Source of the DNA: Alphaproteobacteria bacterium
GTDB taxonomy: Bacteria > Pseudomonadota > Alphaproteobacteria > Bin95
DNA length: 64,000 nt
Assembly (NCBI GenBank): GCA_964291285.2
Contig: OZ219785.1
Location: forward strand, 480,001-544,000
Direction: 5' to 3'
A program made the translations under genes and the position numbers. The notes under the pieces are model-generated. The model was not told the DNA's origin. It did no database searches and saw nothing but the letters and a program-made list of their open reading frames with translations. Positions 48,994 to 64,000 of this stretch are shown here, in pieces; the first letter of the stretch is position 1; each line of letters starts with the position of its first letter.

Positions 48994-49074
48994 GGTCGGG
49001 ACGCCCGGCGTCGAACCGGGCCTCGCTTCCACCAACCCCTCCGGAACCCGGTTGAATCCGGGTCGTGCGCCCCG
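48994..49074 (-). other. tRNA-like structure (acceptor stem and T arm, non-canonical core)
   Basis: CGGGGCG/CGTCCCG 7-bp stem followed by ACC; T arm CCCGG-TTCGACG-CCGGG; no canonical D or anticodon arm. Confidence 0.45.
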
Positions 49075-49080
49075 CCGGGC

Positions 49081-50394
49081 TCAGCGCTGCAGCGTGCTGG
49101 TGGACCGTCCCGCCGCCGCGCTGAGGCCGGCGAGCGGCGGGGCGGCCGCGTGGACGGGGCGGCGGAGGACCAGGAGGCGGCGGGCCTCTTCCGTGCGGGC
49201 GCTGCGAAGCAGCGCGCCCAGCAGCGCGAACTCCAGCAGGTCACGCTGGGCGCGGCTGCCGCCGATCCGCTCGTGCCCGGCCATCCAGGGCGCCAGCAGC
49301 GCGACCGCCTCTTCCCAGTCGCTCCGGGCATAGGCGCCGAGGGCGTCCGCCAGCCCCGACACCATGTCGCCTGCGGGGCCGGCGGCAGCCCCGGCAATGC
49401 GGGCAAGGGCGTCACCGCGCCCGGCCATCGCATGCGCCAGCGCCGCGTGAACGTCGGCGAAGGCGATGCCGGGATTGGGGAAGAACTCGGCGGCATAATC
49501 GCTGAGCCGCTCCCAGGTGCGGTCGGGCACGGCCGCGCCCGCGAGCTCCGCGCGCAGCACGAAAGCGGCGCTGTCGGTCAGCACGTTGATCGGCGGCCCC
49601 CAGGCGCCGCCCGGCGCGACATCGGCTTCGAACACGCGCCAGGCCTCGTCCATGTCGCCGGCCTCGGCCCGCCAGATCGCGACATGCCAGGCGATATGGC
49701 AGGAAAGCTGCGCCTCGCGGTCATAGTCCCGCCGCCAGGCGTCCAGACGCGCAAGGCCGGCGTTCCGCTCTCCGGCTTCGTAATGGACATGGGCGCGGAT
49801 ATGCGCGGCGTTGGCGTTGCGCGGATTGCCCTCGAGCGCGCGCTCGAGCAGGCATTCGGCTTCCGCCACCTGGCCGGCCTCGACCTGGGAGAAGCCGTGC
49901 TGGGCAAGGAACCACCAGTCGTCGCCGTAATGGGGCGCCAGCCGGTCGGTGAAGGCCAGCTGCTCCGCCTCGCGCCCCGGCCGCCCGCTGAAGCCGATGA
50001 GCCCGAACACGCCGCAGCAGGGCTGGGCGATCATCGCGTCGAGCGGCCAGTCCCTGAGATGCGCGAGGATCGCGGCGTAGGCTCCCGGCCCGTTGCCGTC
50101 GATCAGGAGGCCGAGCGCGTTCAGGTGCCCCGTCTCCCTGGCCGAGCATCCGTTCGCGGCGGCGCGCGCCTCCGCCATCGCATCGGCCGCCTCGCGCCCG
50201 CGGCCCCGCATCTGCAGGGCCCGCGCCCTGCCGGCATGGGCGAGCGCGAAGGACGGGTCCTCGAGGGCGGCGCGGGCGAAGGCCTGCTCGGCGCCGGCAT
50301 TGGCGCCGAGGAACAGGTCCATCCCCTCGACATAGGCGTCGTGCGCCGCCGCGCTGCCCGTCGAGAGGGGGAGGCCGTAGCGGTCGCGGAACAT
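49081..50394 (-). CDS. TPR protein (TTC38-like)
   Basis: Helical repeats; NANAAHIRAHVHYE, CHIAWH, RIGGSRAQRD; start overlaps acs stop. Confidence 0.8.
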   Translation of the reverse strand: MFRDRYGLPLSTGSAAAHDAYVEGMDLFLGANAGAEQAFARAALEDPSFALAHAGRARALQMRGRGREAADAMAEARAAANGCSARETGHLNALGLLIDGNGPGAYAAILAHLRDWPLDAMIAQPCCGVFGLIGFSGRPGREAEQLAFTDRLAPHYGDDWWFLAQHGFSQVEAGQVAEAECLLERALEGNPRNANAAHIRAHVHYEAGERNAGLARLDAWRRDYDREAQLSCHIAWHVAIWRAEAGDMDEAWRVFEADVAPGGAWGPPINVLTDSAAFVLRAELAGAAVPDRTWERLSDYAAEFFPNPGIAFADVHAALAHAMAGRGDALARIAGAAAGPAGDMVSGLADALGAYARSDWEEAVALLAPWMAGHERIGGSRAQRDLLEFALLGALLRSARTEEARRLLVLRRPVHAAAPPLAGLSAAAGRSTSTLQR

Positions 50395-52340
50395 CAGTCG
50401 CGGCGGTTGCGCCGGTTCTCGATCAGGTCGTCCACCACGGCGGGTTCGGCGAGCGTCGAGGTGTCGCCCAGATTGCCGAAATCGTCCTCGGCGATCTTGC
50501 GCAGGATGCGGCGCATGATCTTGCCGGAGCGCGTCTTGGGCAGGCCCGGCGCCCACTGGATGAGGTCCGGCGTGGCGATCGGGCCGATCTCAGAGCGCAC
50601 CCAGCGGACCAGTTCGGCATTGAGGTCGTCGGATGGCTCCTCGCCGAGATTGAGCGTCACATAGGCGTAGATGCCCTGGCCCTTGATGTCGTGCGGATAG
50701 CCGACGACCGCGGCCTCGGCGACCTTGGCGTGGGCCACCAGTGCACTCTCCACCTCCGCCGTGCCCATGCGGTGGCCGGAGACGTTGATGACGTCGTCCA
50801 CCCGCCCGGTGATCCAGAAATAGCCGTCCTCGTCCCGGATCGCGCCGTCGCCGGTGAAATACATGCCCTCATAGGTGGAGAAATAGGTGTCGATGAAGCG
50901 CTGGTGGTCGCCATAGACGGTGCGCATCTGCCCCGGCCAGCTGTCGAGGATGACGAGGTTGCCGGAGGTGGCGCCCTCCAGCAGCGCGCCCTCATTGTCC
51001 ACCAGCGCGGGCCTGACGCCGAAGAAAGGCCTGGTGGCGGAGCCGGGCTTGAGGTCGGTGGCGCCCGGCAGCGGCGTGATCAGGTGACCGCCGGTCTCCG
51101 TCTGCCACCAGGTGTCCACGATGGGGCAACGCCCGTCGCCCACCACGTCGTAATACCAGAGCCAGGCTTCCGGATTGATCGGCTCGCCGACCGTGCCGAG
51201 GATGCGCAGGCTCTTGCGCGAGGTCGCCCTGACCGGCCCGTCGCCCTCGCGCATCAGCGCGCGGATGGCCGTCGGCGCGGTGTAGAAGATCGAGACATTG
51301 TGCTTGTCGCAGACCTGCCAGAAGCGCGAGCTGTCCGGATAGTTCGGCACGCCCTCGAACATCAGCGTGACCGCGCCGTTGGCGAGCGGCCCGTAAAGAA
51401 TGTAGCTGTGGCCCGTCACCCAGCCGACATCGGCGGTGCACCAGAACACCTCGCCGTCGCGGTAGTCGAAGGTGAGCCGGTGCGTCATCGAGGCGAAGGT
51501 GAGATAGCCGCCGGTGGTGTGCAGCACGCCTTTCGGCTGCCCGGTAGAGCCCGAGGTGTAGAGGATGAAGAGCGGGTCCTCGGCGCCCATCTCCTCCGGC
51601 GGGCAGTCAGCGGAGGCGCCCGCCATCTCCTCCTCGTACCAATGGTCGCGGCCGTCCACCCAGCCGATCTCGCCGCCGGTGCGGCGCACGACAATGCAGG
51701 TGGTGCAGTCCGGGCAGGAGGCCAGCGCGGCGTCGGTACTGGCCTTCAGCGGAACCGTGCGCCCGCCGCGCAGGCCTTCATCCGCCGTTATGACCACGGT
51801 CGAGGCGCAATCGATGATGCGACCGGCGAGAGCGTCCGGCGAGAAGCCGCCGAAGACGACGGAGTGGATCGCGCCGATGCGCGCGCAGGCAAGCACGGCG
51901 ACGGCGATTTCCGGGATCATCGGCAGGTAGATCGTCACCCTGTCGCCGCGCTTCACGCCCCGCGCCTTCAGCACATTGGCGAATTTGCACACCCGCTCAT
52001 GCAGGTCGCGATAGGTGATGTGCTCCGAGAGCGCCGGATCGTCGCCTTCCCAGATGATCGCCGTCTGCTCGCCGCGCGCGGCGAGATGGCGGTCGAGGCA
52101 GTTGGCCGAAGCGTTGAGCGTGCCGTCCTCGAACCAGCGGATATGCAGGTCGTCCTTCGCCCAGGAAACGTCCTTCACCTTCGTGAACGGCGTGATCCAG
52201 TCGAGCCTCCCGGCCTGCTCGGCCCAGAAGCCTTCCGGGTCCTCCACCGACCGGCGGTACATCGCTTCATAGGCCGCCGCATCTATGTGCGCGCCCTTCG
52301 CCGTCTCGGCCGTGACCGGAAAAATCGTCCGCTCGCTCAT
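50394..52340 (-). CDS. acs: Acetyl-CoA synthetase
   Basis: [45 protein letters not shown]. Confidence 0.96.
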   Translation of the reverse strand: MSERTIFPVTAETAKGAHIDAAAYEAMYRRSVEDPEGFWAEQAGRLDWITPFTKVKDVSWAKDDLHIRWFEDGTLNASANCLDRHLAARGEQTAIIWEGDDPALSEHITYRDLHERVCKFANVLKARGVKRGDRVTIYLPMIPEIAVAVLACARIGAIHSVVFGGFSPDALAGRIIDCASTVVITADEGLRGGRTVPLKASTDAALASCPDCTTCIVVRRTGGEIGWVDGRDHWYEEEMAGASADCPPEEMGAEDPLFILYTSGSTGQPKGVLHTTGGYLTFASMTHRLTFDYRDGEVFWCTADVGWVTGHSYILYGPLANGAVTLMFEGVPNYPDSSRFWQVCDKHNVSIFYTAPTAIRALMREGDGPVRATSRKSLRILGTVGEPINPEAWLWYYDVVGDGRCPIVDTWWQTETGGHLITPLPGATDLKPGSATRPFFGVRPALVDNEGALLEGATSGNLVILDSWPGQMRTVYGDHQRFIDTYFSTYEGMYFTGDGAIRDEDGYFWITGRVDDVINVSGHRMGTAEVESALVAHAKVAEAAVVGYPHDIKGQGIYAYVTLNLGEEPSDDLNAELVRWVRSEIGPIATPDLIQWAPGLPKTRSGKIMRRILRKIAEDDFGNLGDTSTLAEPAVVDDLIENRRNRRD

Positions 52341-52408
52341 CGCCGTCGCCTCCCGTTCGTTCCCGAACCCGCCCGATAGTCGCGCCGCCGGGCGGTTTTT
52401 TCCAGACC

Positions 52409-53491
52409 TTATCCGCCGCCGCCCGGCTCCCGGAACTGCTTGCCGAGGCGCAGGCCCTGCGCCTGGTAGGTGGAGCCGATGCCGCCGCCGTAAATCTTGT
52501 CCGGGGCCGCCAGCATCGGCTCATAGATCAACCGGCCGACCGGCTGGCCATCCTCGACCACGAAAGGCACATCGTGGGCGCGCACCTCCAGCACCGCCCG
52601 GCTGCCGGCGCCGTAGCCGAAACCCGGATCGAAGAAGCCGGCATAGTGGACCCTGAACTCGCCGACGCGGGTGTCGTAGGGCCGCATTTCGGCCGCATGG
52701 TCGGGCGGGATCGCGACGGTCTCCTTGGACGAGAGGATGTAGAAGTCGTCGGGATTGAGCACGATGCCGCGGCCGGGACGGGCGGCGACCGGCTCCCAGA
52801 ACTCGTCCGGGTCGTAATGGCCGATCCGCTCGACATCGATGAGGCCCGCATGGGCGCGCGCCTTCCAGGCGATGACGCCGCCCGTTCCCCGCGCGTCCAC
52901 CGTGAGCACCAGCCCGTCGTCGATGACCGCTTCCCGGTCCACCAGCGCGTCGCGCGCGTGCAGGTCGCGCAGCGCCGGATCGTCGCCGCCCTGCGCGCCC
53001 CGCCTGAGCCGCAGCTGCACGAGGCGCGCGCCTTCCCGGACCAGGATGGAGAAGGTGCGCGGCGCCAGCTCCACATAGAGCCGGCCCTCGTAGCCGGCCG
53101 GCAGCCGGTCGAATTCCGGCACGCGGTCGGCGATCAGGCGCGCGAAGACATCGAGCCGTCCGGTCGAGCTCTTGGGATTGGCGATGGCCGCCGTGCCGGC
53201 ATCGAGCGCGACCCGCTCCATGAGTTCGGCGATATAGACGCAGCCGCGCTCCAGCACCGCGCCGCGGCCCAGGTCGATCTCGTGCATGGCGTGGCGCTCG
53301 ATGCGCTCCGCGACGGCGCCGTCCGGGTCCGGCAGGAAGCTCGCCCGGACCCGCCAGGCGCGGCGCCCGAGCCGGAGGTCGAGGCTCGCCGGCTGTATCT
53401 GGTCTTCCTCGACGGGGCGGCAGGCCGAGAGCGCACCGGCCTCGACAGCCTCCCGCAGAAGCTGCGACGGCAGGATGCCGGCGGGCTTCAC
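52409..53491 (-). CDS. dcd: dCTP deaminase (long alphaproteobacterial form)
   Basis: [46 protein letters not shown]; GTG overlaps upstream stop. Confidence 0.88.
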   Translation of the reverse strand: MKPAGILPSQLLREAVEAGALSACRPVEEDQIQPASLDLRLGRRAWRVRASFLPDPDGAVAERIERHAMHEIDLGRGAVLERGCVYIAELMERVALDAGTAAIANPKSSTGRLDVFARLIADRVPEFDRLPAGYEGRLYVELAPRTFSILVREGARLVQLRLRRGAQGGDDPALRDLHARDALVDREAVIDDGLVLTVDARGTGGVIAWKARAHAGLIDVERIGHYDPDEFWEPVAARPGRGIVLNPDDFYILSSKETVAIPPDHAAEMRPYDTRVGEFRVHYAGFFDPGFGYGAGSRAVLEVRAHDVPFVVEDGQPVGRLIYEPMLAAPDKIYGGGIGSTYQAQGLRLGKQFREPGGGG

Positions 53492-53991
53492 TCGATGAAG
53501 GTGAGCGCGTGCGTGAAGCCGCGCAGCGAGATCGGGAGGGCCACCTGCCTGCCATCCACCATGGTGAAGGACAGCACAGCGGTCACCCGCTGCTTGAATG
53601 CGGTCAGCATCACCTCGTCCATGCGCATGTTCGCCTCGCAGCCGGCGCGCACGCAGAACAGCAGAGGCGGGCGCCGGACGGCCTTCTCGTCGCCCTCCAC
53701 CCAGACCGTCATGCCGGCGGGCAGGTTGACGCCGAGCGGCACCGTCAGCGAAGCCAGCAACGGCTTGCCGGGTCCGGGCCGCCCGACCGCGACCGTAGCC
53801 GCAGCCTGCTCGGAGCCCTCCGGGACCAGCCGCTGGAAGATAAAGCACTGCTCCGCAGCATCGGGCCTGTCCCTGGGCGCCTGGAGGCAGCCCTTGGTCC
53901 AGTCGCCGGACTTTTCGCCCTGGACGACCTGGGCGGCCGCCGGCAGCGCGGCCGCGGCCAGAATAAGCAGGAACAGGGTTCTGAGAAGCAT
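53488..53991 (-). CDS. Invasion-associated locus B (IalB) family protein
   Basis: Signal peptide, GDW...C, VPLGVNLPAG, C...GC, ISLRGF. Confidence 0.82.
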   Translation of the reverse strand: MLLRTLFLLILAAAALPAAAQVVQGEKSGDWTKGCLQAPRDRPDAAEQCFIFQRLVPEGSEQAAATVAVGRPGPGKPLLASLTVPLGVNLPAGMTVWVEGDEKAVRRPPLLFCVRAGCEANMRMDEVMLTAFKQRVTAVLSFTMVDGRQVALPISLRGFTHALTFIE

Positions 53992-54145
53992 GGGGCAGGG
54001 ACTCTGGACAGACGGGTCGGAGCGGGCGGCTGTTTAGCACTGCCGGGGCGGGTTTGGCGAGAGCCGCAGGCAGGCCCCCTCGTTGCCGTGCCCCGGCAGA
54101 ATGGGTATAGCAGCGGCGATGCGAAAGGCGGAGAGGGGCGGCGCC

Positions 54146-55315
54146 ATGCAGTTCGGGTGGAGCGAGCAACACGAGCAGATGCGCGAGGCGGTGGAACGCC
54201 TCTGCGCGGGATTCGACCTCGACTACTGGCGCGAGCGCGACGGGGAAGGGGAGTTCCCGCACGATTTCCACCGCGCCATGGCGGAAGGCGGATGGCTCGG
54301 CATCGCCATGCCGGAGGAGTTCGGCGGCTCGGGGCTCGGCATTGTCGAGGCGACGATCCTGATGCAGGCGGTGGCCCAGTCGGGCGCCGGAATGAGCGGC
54401 TGCTCCGCGATCCATCTCAACATTTTCGGACCCCATCCCATCGTCAGGCACGGCACGGACGAGCAGCGCCGGCGCATGCTGCCGGAGCTGATCGCCGGCG
54501 AGAAGAAAGCCTGTTTCGCGGTCACCGAGCCGGACTCCGGCCTCAACACCTCCAGCCTGAAGACGCGGGCCGAGCCGGACGGCAGGGGCGGCTACGTCGT
54601 CCACGGGCAGAAGCTCTGGACCTCGACGGCGCAGGTGGCCGACAAGATGCTGCTGATCGCGCGCACCACGCCGCAGGAGCAATGCAAGCGGGCCTTCGAC
54701 GGGCTGACGCTCTTCTATACGGACTTCGACCGGCGCTATCTCACGCCGACGGAAATTCCGAAGATGGGCCGGTCGGCGGTCGATTCGAATTCGCTGTTCC
54801 TGGACGGTCTGCCGGTGCCGGCCGAGGATCGCATCGGCGAGGAGGGCAGGGGCTTCTACTACCTGCTGGACGGCCTCAACCCGGAGCGCATCCTCGTCGC
54901 TGCCGAGGCGGTCGGAATCGGGCGCTGCGCCTTGCAGCGGGCGGCGGACTATGCGCGCGAGCGCCGGGTGTTCAACCGCCCCATCGGGCAGAACCAGTCG
55001 ATCCAGCACCCGCTGGCGGAGAGCTGGGCGAAACTGGAGGCCGCCGAACTGCTCGTCTACAAGGCGGCGTGGATGTACGACCGGGGCGAGGCGTGCGGGC
55101 CGCAGGCCAATGCCGCGAAATACCTGGCGGCGGAAGTGGGCCACGAAGCCTGCGAGCGCGCCATCCTGACCCATGGCGGCATGGGCTACGCCAAGGAGTA
55201 CCATGTCGAGCGCTGGCTCCGGGAGATCTGGATCGCCCGGATCGCGCCGGTGAGCTGGCAGCTCGCGCTCTCCTTCATCGCCGAGAAGGAACTCGACCTG
55301 CCGAAGAGCTACTGA
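54146..55315 (+). CDS. Acyl-CoA dehydrogenase
   Basis: [44 protein letters not shown]. Confidence 0.92.
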   Translation: MQFGWSEQHEQMREAVERLCAGFDLDYWRERDGEGEFPHDFHRAMAEGGWLGIAMPEEFGGSGLGIVEATILMQAVAQSGAGMSGCSAIHLNIFGPHPIVRHGTDEQRRRMLPELIAGEKKACFAVTEPDSGLNTSSLKTRAEPDGRGGYVVHGQKLWTSTAQVADKMLLIARTTPQEQCKRAFDGLTLFYTDFDRRYLTPTEIPKMGRSAVDSNSLFLDGLPVPAEDRIGEEGRGFYYLLDGLNPERILVAAEAVGIGRCALQRAADYARERRVFNRPIGQNQSIQHPLAESWAKLEAAELLVYKAAWMYDRGEACGPQANAAKYLAAEVGHEACERAILTHGGMGYAKEYHVERWLREIWIARIAPVSWQLALSFIAEKELDLPKSY

Positions 55316-55317
55316 GG

Positions 55318-55339
55318 CGGTCCCCCCACGGGGGGACCG
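55318..55339. terminator. Hairpin between convergent acyl-CoA dehydrogenase and rpoD genes
   Basis: CGGTCCCCCC / GGGGGGACCG inverted repeat; no U-tract. Confidence 0.5.
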
Positions 55340-57274
<1,935 letters not shown>

Positions 57275-57304
57275 GCTTCAACCGTCCCCGATTTTTTGCT
57301 TCTT

Positions 57305-59098
57305 CTAAGTCCTGTCCTGGGCGCGCGACCTGCGGGCCTCCATCACCAGCGCCGGCATGCGTTCCAGCGAATCCTCGGCGTCGGTTTCGGCCACTGCCGC
57401 CACCTCACGCTCAATGGCCGCGGAGCGGTATGCCGCGAAGACCTGCTCCATCCCCTTGCGCGCCTCCGTCACCGGAGCGTTCGGACGGGCAAAATGCGCA
57501 AGGGCGTAAACGGCCTCGCACAACACGCTGCCGACCGCGCCGGTAAGGCCGACCTTCCCGAAATGGGTCCGCCAGTCGCCTGCGTCAATCCCCTCTCCGT
57601 CCGCTGCAAGCCTTAGAATCTCTTGCCGAAGCCTGTCAAGCGACCCTGCGCAATCGAGCTCGGCGATTTCCCGGTCGAACTCGACTGCCAGCTCGGGGTG
57701 ATTGATCGCCGCCGCCAGAACGCCTTTCGCCTGGCGTTCACGCAATCCCGCAATCCGGGCCTCGCCGCGTTCCCGTCCCCCGCCCGGAGCGGAGGGCGGG
57801 GGACGGCGCCGGCCGGGCTGCGGCTGCAGGCTGACCCCGAACTGCTCCCGAAGGCGGGACAGAATCTCGGCTTCGTAATAGCGCCGCACAGTCTCGTCCC
57901 GGATCCCGGAGGCCAGCGCCAGCAGGTTGCGGCTGAACCGGGCGCGGCGGTCGGGCGAATCCGGGCGCACCGCCTCCGCCTCGCTCGACCACAGGAGGTC
58001 CACCGGCGACTGCGCCCGTTCCACCACCGCCCGCAGCGCCGCCGCGCCATCCTGGCGGACCAGGTCGTCCGGGTCGCGCTCGTCCGGCAGGCGGGCGAAG
58101 CGCAGCGACTTGCCGGGAGCAAGCAACGGCAGTGCCCGTTCGGCGGCGCGTCGGGCTGCGCGCTGGCCCGCGTCGTCGCCGTCGAAGCAGAGCACCGGCT
58201 CGTCGACGAGCCTCCAGAGCGCCCTCAGCTGGTTTTCCCCGAAGGCCGTGCCGAGCGAGGCCACGGTATGCGCGAAGCCCGCCTGGGAAAGAGCGATGGC
58301 GTCCATATAGCCCTCGACGACGATCACCTCCTTCGCGCGCCAGGCCGCGTCGCGCGCCTGGGCGAGGCCGTAGAGCACCTCCCCCTTCCGGAAGACCGGG
58401 GTTTCGGGTGTGTTGAGGTATTTCGGCTGCGCATCGCCGAGTGTGCGGCCGCCGAAAGCTATCGGGTGTCCCCGCCGGTCGGTGATGGGGAACACGACCC
58501 GGTTGCGGAGCGAGGCGCCCGGCTCTCCCTCATGCTCGCGCTGGCGGAAAAGCCCGGCCCCGACGAGGGTCTCTGCCTCGAAACCGCCGCGCTTCAGCGC
58601 CTGCATGAGCGCCGCCGAGTCGCCGGGCGCATAGCCGAGCCGGAAGCCGGCGATCGTGTTGTCGTCGAGCCCGCGGCCGCGCAGATAGTCCATCGCCCGC
58701 CGGCCCGCCGGCAGGCGCAACTGGCGCTCATAGAAAGCTGCCGCGGCCTCGACGGCCTCGAGAAGGCCCCGCCGCCGGCGGGCCTGGGCCGCCGCTTCGG
58801 GGCTGTCGCGCGGCACCTCCAGCCCGGCCGCCTGGGCGAGCTTCTCCACCGCCTCGGGAAAGGAAAGCCCCTCCATGCGCATCAGGAAGCCGATGACATC
58901 GCCGTGTTCGCCGCTGGAGAAGCAGTGGAAGAAGCCTTTGTCGGGCACGACGGTAAAGGACGGCGTGCGCTCCTGCTTGAAGGGCGAAAGGCCGACAAAC
59001 TCCCGCCCGCGCCGCTGCAATTTCACGTGGTGCGAGACGATATCGACCAGGGAAATGCGTTCGCGAAGCTGTTCCAGGAACTCGGGCGGGAACGCCAT
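57305..59098 (-). CDS. dnaG: DNA primase
   Basis: SPFKQERTPSF, FFHCFSS, FGGR, KYLNTPET, VEGYMD, CFDGDDAG, DPDD. Confidence 0.95.
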   Translation of the reverse strand: MAFPPEFLEQLRERISLVDIVSHHVKLQRRGREFVGLSPFKQERTPSFTVVPDKGFFHCFSSGEHGDVIGFLMRMEGLSFPEAVEKLAQAAGLEVPRDSPEAAAQARRRRGLLEAVEAAAAFYERQLRLPAGRRAMDYLRGRGLDDNTIAGFRLGYAPGDSAALMQALKRGGFEAETLVGAGLFRQREHEGEPGASLRNRVVFPITDRRGHPIAFGGRTLGDAQPKYLNTPETPVFRKGEVLYGLAQARDAAWRAKEVIVVEGYMDAIALSQAGFAHTVASLGTAFGENQLRALWRLVDEPVLCFDGDDAGQRAARRAAERALPLLAPGKSLRFARLPDERDPDDLVRQDGAAALRAVVERAQSPVDLLWSSEAEAVRPDSPDRRARFSRNLLALASGIRDETVRRYYEAEILSRLREQFGVSLQPQPGRRRPPPSAPGGGRERGEARIAGLRERQAKGVLAAAINHPELAVEFDREIAELDCAGSLDRLRQEILRLAADGEGIDAGDWRTHFGKVGLTGAVGSVLCEAVYALAHFARPNAPVTEARKGMEQVFAAYRSAAIEREVAAVAETDAEDSLERMPALVMEARRSRAQDRT

Positions 59099-59118
59099 CC
59101 GGTGCGCCGGGCCTGCCG

Positions 59119-59574
59119 TCAGGCCGCCAGCGCGGCCTTGACCGTCCGGCTGATCTCGCCGAAGTCCATCTGGCCTGCATAGCGCCGCTTGAGCTCGGCC
59201 ATGACGCGCCCCATGTCGCGCATGCCCGAGGCGCCGAGGTCGCCGACCACGGCGTTCACCGCGGCAATCTGGGCATCCGGGTCGAGCTTGGCCGGCAGGA
59301 ACCTCTGGATGACGATGATTTCGCGTCTTTCCTCATCCACGGAGTCGAGCCGGCCGGCCTCTTCGTAGTAGCGGGAGGACTCCTCCCGCTGACGGACCAT
59401 CTTTTGCAGCAGTTCCCGGATTTCGGCATCGCCGATGCCGTCCGCATTGCCCTGTCCGCGCGCCGCGATGTCACGGTCCTTGATCGCGGCCAGAATCAGC
59501 CTGACCGTTCGCAAGGTCATGACATCCTTGGCCCGCAAGGATTCCTTCAATGCCTCGTTCAGTTGCGCCCGCAT
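59119..59574 (-). CDS. GatB/YqeY domain protein
   Basis: VRLILAAIK, KMVRQREES..YEEAGR, FLP, DMGRVM. Confidence 0.9.
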   Translation of the reverse strand: MRAQLNEALKESLRAKDVMTLRTVRLILAAIKDRDIAARGQGNADGIGDAEIRELLQKMVRQREESSRYYEEAGRLDSVDEERREIIVIQRFLPAKLDPDAQIAAVNAVVGDLGASGMRDMGRVMAELKRRYAGQMDFGEISRTVKAALAA

Positions 59575-59831
59575 GGAAGTCTCCCGCTCTTCCAGGTCGC
59601 GGCCGGTGCCCCGCCGCGAGTTCTGACAGGTTCACGACAAAACGCCGCATACACGGCGTAACGTGTTGAAATAGAAGTTTTCTCCTGCTGGTGCATGCCT
59701 TGACACAGGCTGCCCGCCCGCTTATCCCCTTGGCGGTTGGAACATGCCCCGGACAGCGGAAATTATGTATTCCCGACTTCTGTCGTCAAGGGTCTCCGAC
59801 CGTTGCCCGGCGCAAACGAGCTAGTAATCCA

Positions 59832-60984
59832 ATGGTTATCCAAGTCCCCAGACCGGACGGCGCCACGGCCGCCCTGGCGCTTGCAGACGGCGCCGTGTTC
59901 TGGGGCCGGGGATTCGGTGCGGAGGGCACGGCGGTCGGAGAGGTCTGTTTCAACACCTCGCCGACCGGCTACCAGGAAATCCTGACCGACCCGTCCTATG
60001 CCGGGCAGATCGTCACCTTCACCTTCCCGCATATCGGCAATGTGGGCGCCAATGGCGAGGATGTGGAGTCGGACGCGCCGGCCGCGCGCGGGCTCGTATT
60101 GCGCATGGACCCGACCGAGCCGTCCAATTTCCGCGCGACGCGGCGGCTGGAGGACTGGCTCTCGGGCAGCGGCCTTGTCGGTGTCGCCGGTATCGACACA
60201 CGCGCGCTGACCCGGCGCATCCGCGACGCCGGCGCGCCCAACGGCGTCGTCGTCCACGCCCCGGACGGCCGCATCGACATCGACGGCGCAATCGCCCGCG
60301 CCGCGGCCTGGCCGGGCCTGGAGGGCATGGACCTCGCGCGGGAGGTTACCTGCCGGCAGACCTATCGCTGGGACCGGACTCGCTGGGCGCTCGGCAACAG
60401 CTATGGCCGGCTGGAGCGCCCGTCGCGCCATGTCGTCGCCGTAGATTACGGCGTCAAGCACAATATCCTGCGTTGTCTGGCGGAGCTCGGCTCGGCGGTG
60501 ACGGTCGTGCCTGCCGAAACGGAGGCGGAGGCCATTCTGGCGCTCGAGCCCGACGGCATCTTCCTCGCCAATGGCCCGGGCGACCCGGCGGCCACCGGCG
60601 CTTATGCGACCGGAACCGTCCGCACCTTGATCGCCAGCGGCAAGCCGATCTTCGGCATCTGCCTCGGCCACCAGATACTGGCGCTGGCGCTCGGCGCAAG
60701 CACCGCGAAGATGGCCATCGGCCATCGTGGCGCGAACCATCCGGTCAAGGACCTGGAGACCGGCAAGGTCGAAATCACCAGCCAGAACCACGGCTTTGCC
60801 GTGCTGCGGGAAAGCCTGCCGCCGGGCGTGGTCGAGACGCACCGCTCGCTCTTCGACGGCTCGGTGGAAGGGTTGCGGGCAGAAGGCAGGCCGGTCTTCT
60901 CGGTGCAGTACCATCCGGAAGCCTCCCCCGGTCCCAGGGACGCCCATTATCTCTTCCGGCGCTTCACCGACATGATGGACGCCC

Positions 60985-60992
<8 letters not shown>
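59832..60992 (+). CDS. carA: Carbamoyl-phosphate synthase small subunit
   Basis: [47 protein letters not shown]. Confidence 0.96.

Positions 60993-64000
<3,008 letters not shown>

Noticed and set aside
48994-49074. tRNA-Sec or tmRNA
   Set aside because: The TTCAA loop is in the wrong position and there is no long variable arm. There is no tag reading frame or permuted two-piece layout.
53492-55204. Long N-terminal extension on dcd (931-aa ORF); likewise the 826-aa GST ORF
   Set aside because: The extensions overlap other genes; plausible GTG/TTG starts exist at the gene junctions.

Overview
GC-rich bacterial chromosomal segment, almost certainly alphaproteobacterial (aapJQMP, DUF2312/GapR, IalB, long-form dcd, yqeY-dnaG-rpoD divergent from carAB). 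Housekeeping and catabolic genes occupy about 1-13.5 kb and 38.5-64 kb, and an accessory region lies between them. The highlight is a compact sterol biosynthesis cluster at 13676-22888. A minus-strand operon encodes an SdmB-like SDR, an SdmA-like Rieske oxygenase, an ERG24-family sterol reductase, CYP51 and a single-polypeptide squalene epoxidase-oxidosqualene cyclase fusion. It converges on a sterol C-24 methyltransferase. The cluster abuts a tRNA-fMet 3'-fragment (att-like), a decayed tyrosine integrase interrupted by a 132-bp MITE, a frameshifted Calx-beta autotransporter, a LuxR regulator, a second att-like copy, an S8 protease, a DUF4338-ISAs1 element, a vapBC module and an orphan higA. 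All assignments come from motif recognition by eye; no database searches were run.
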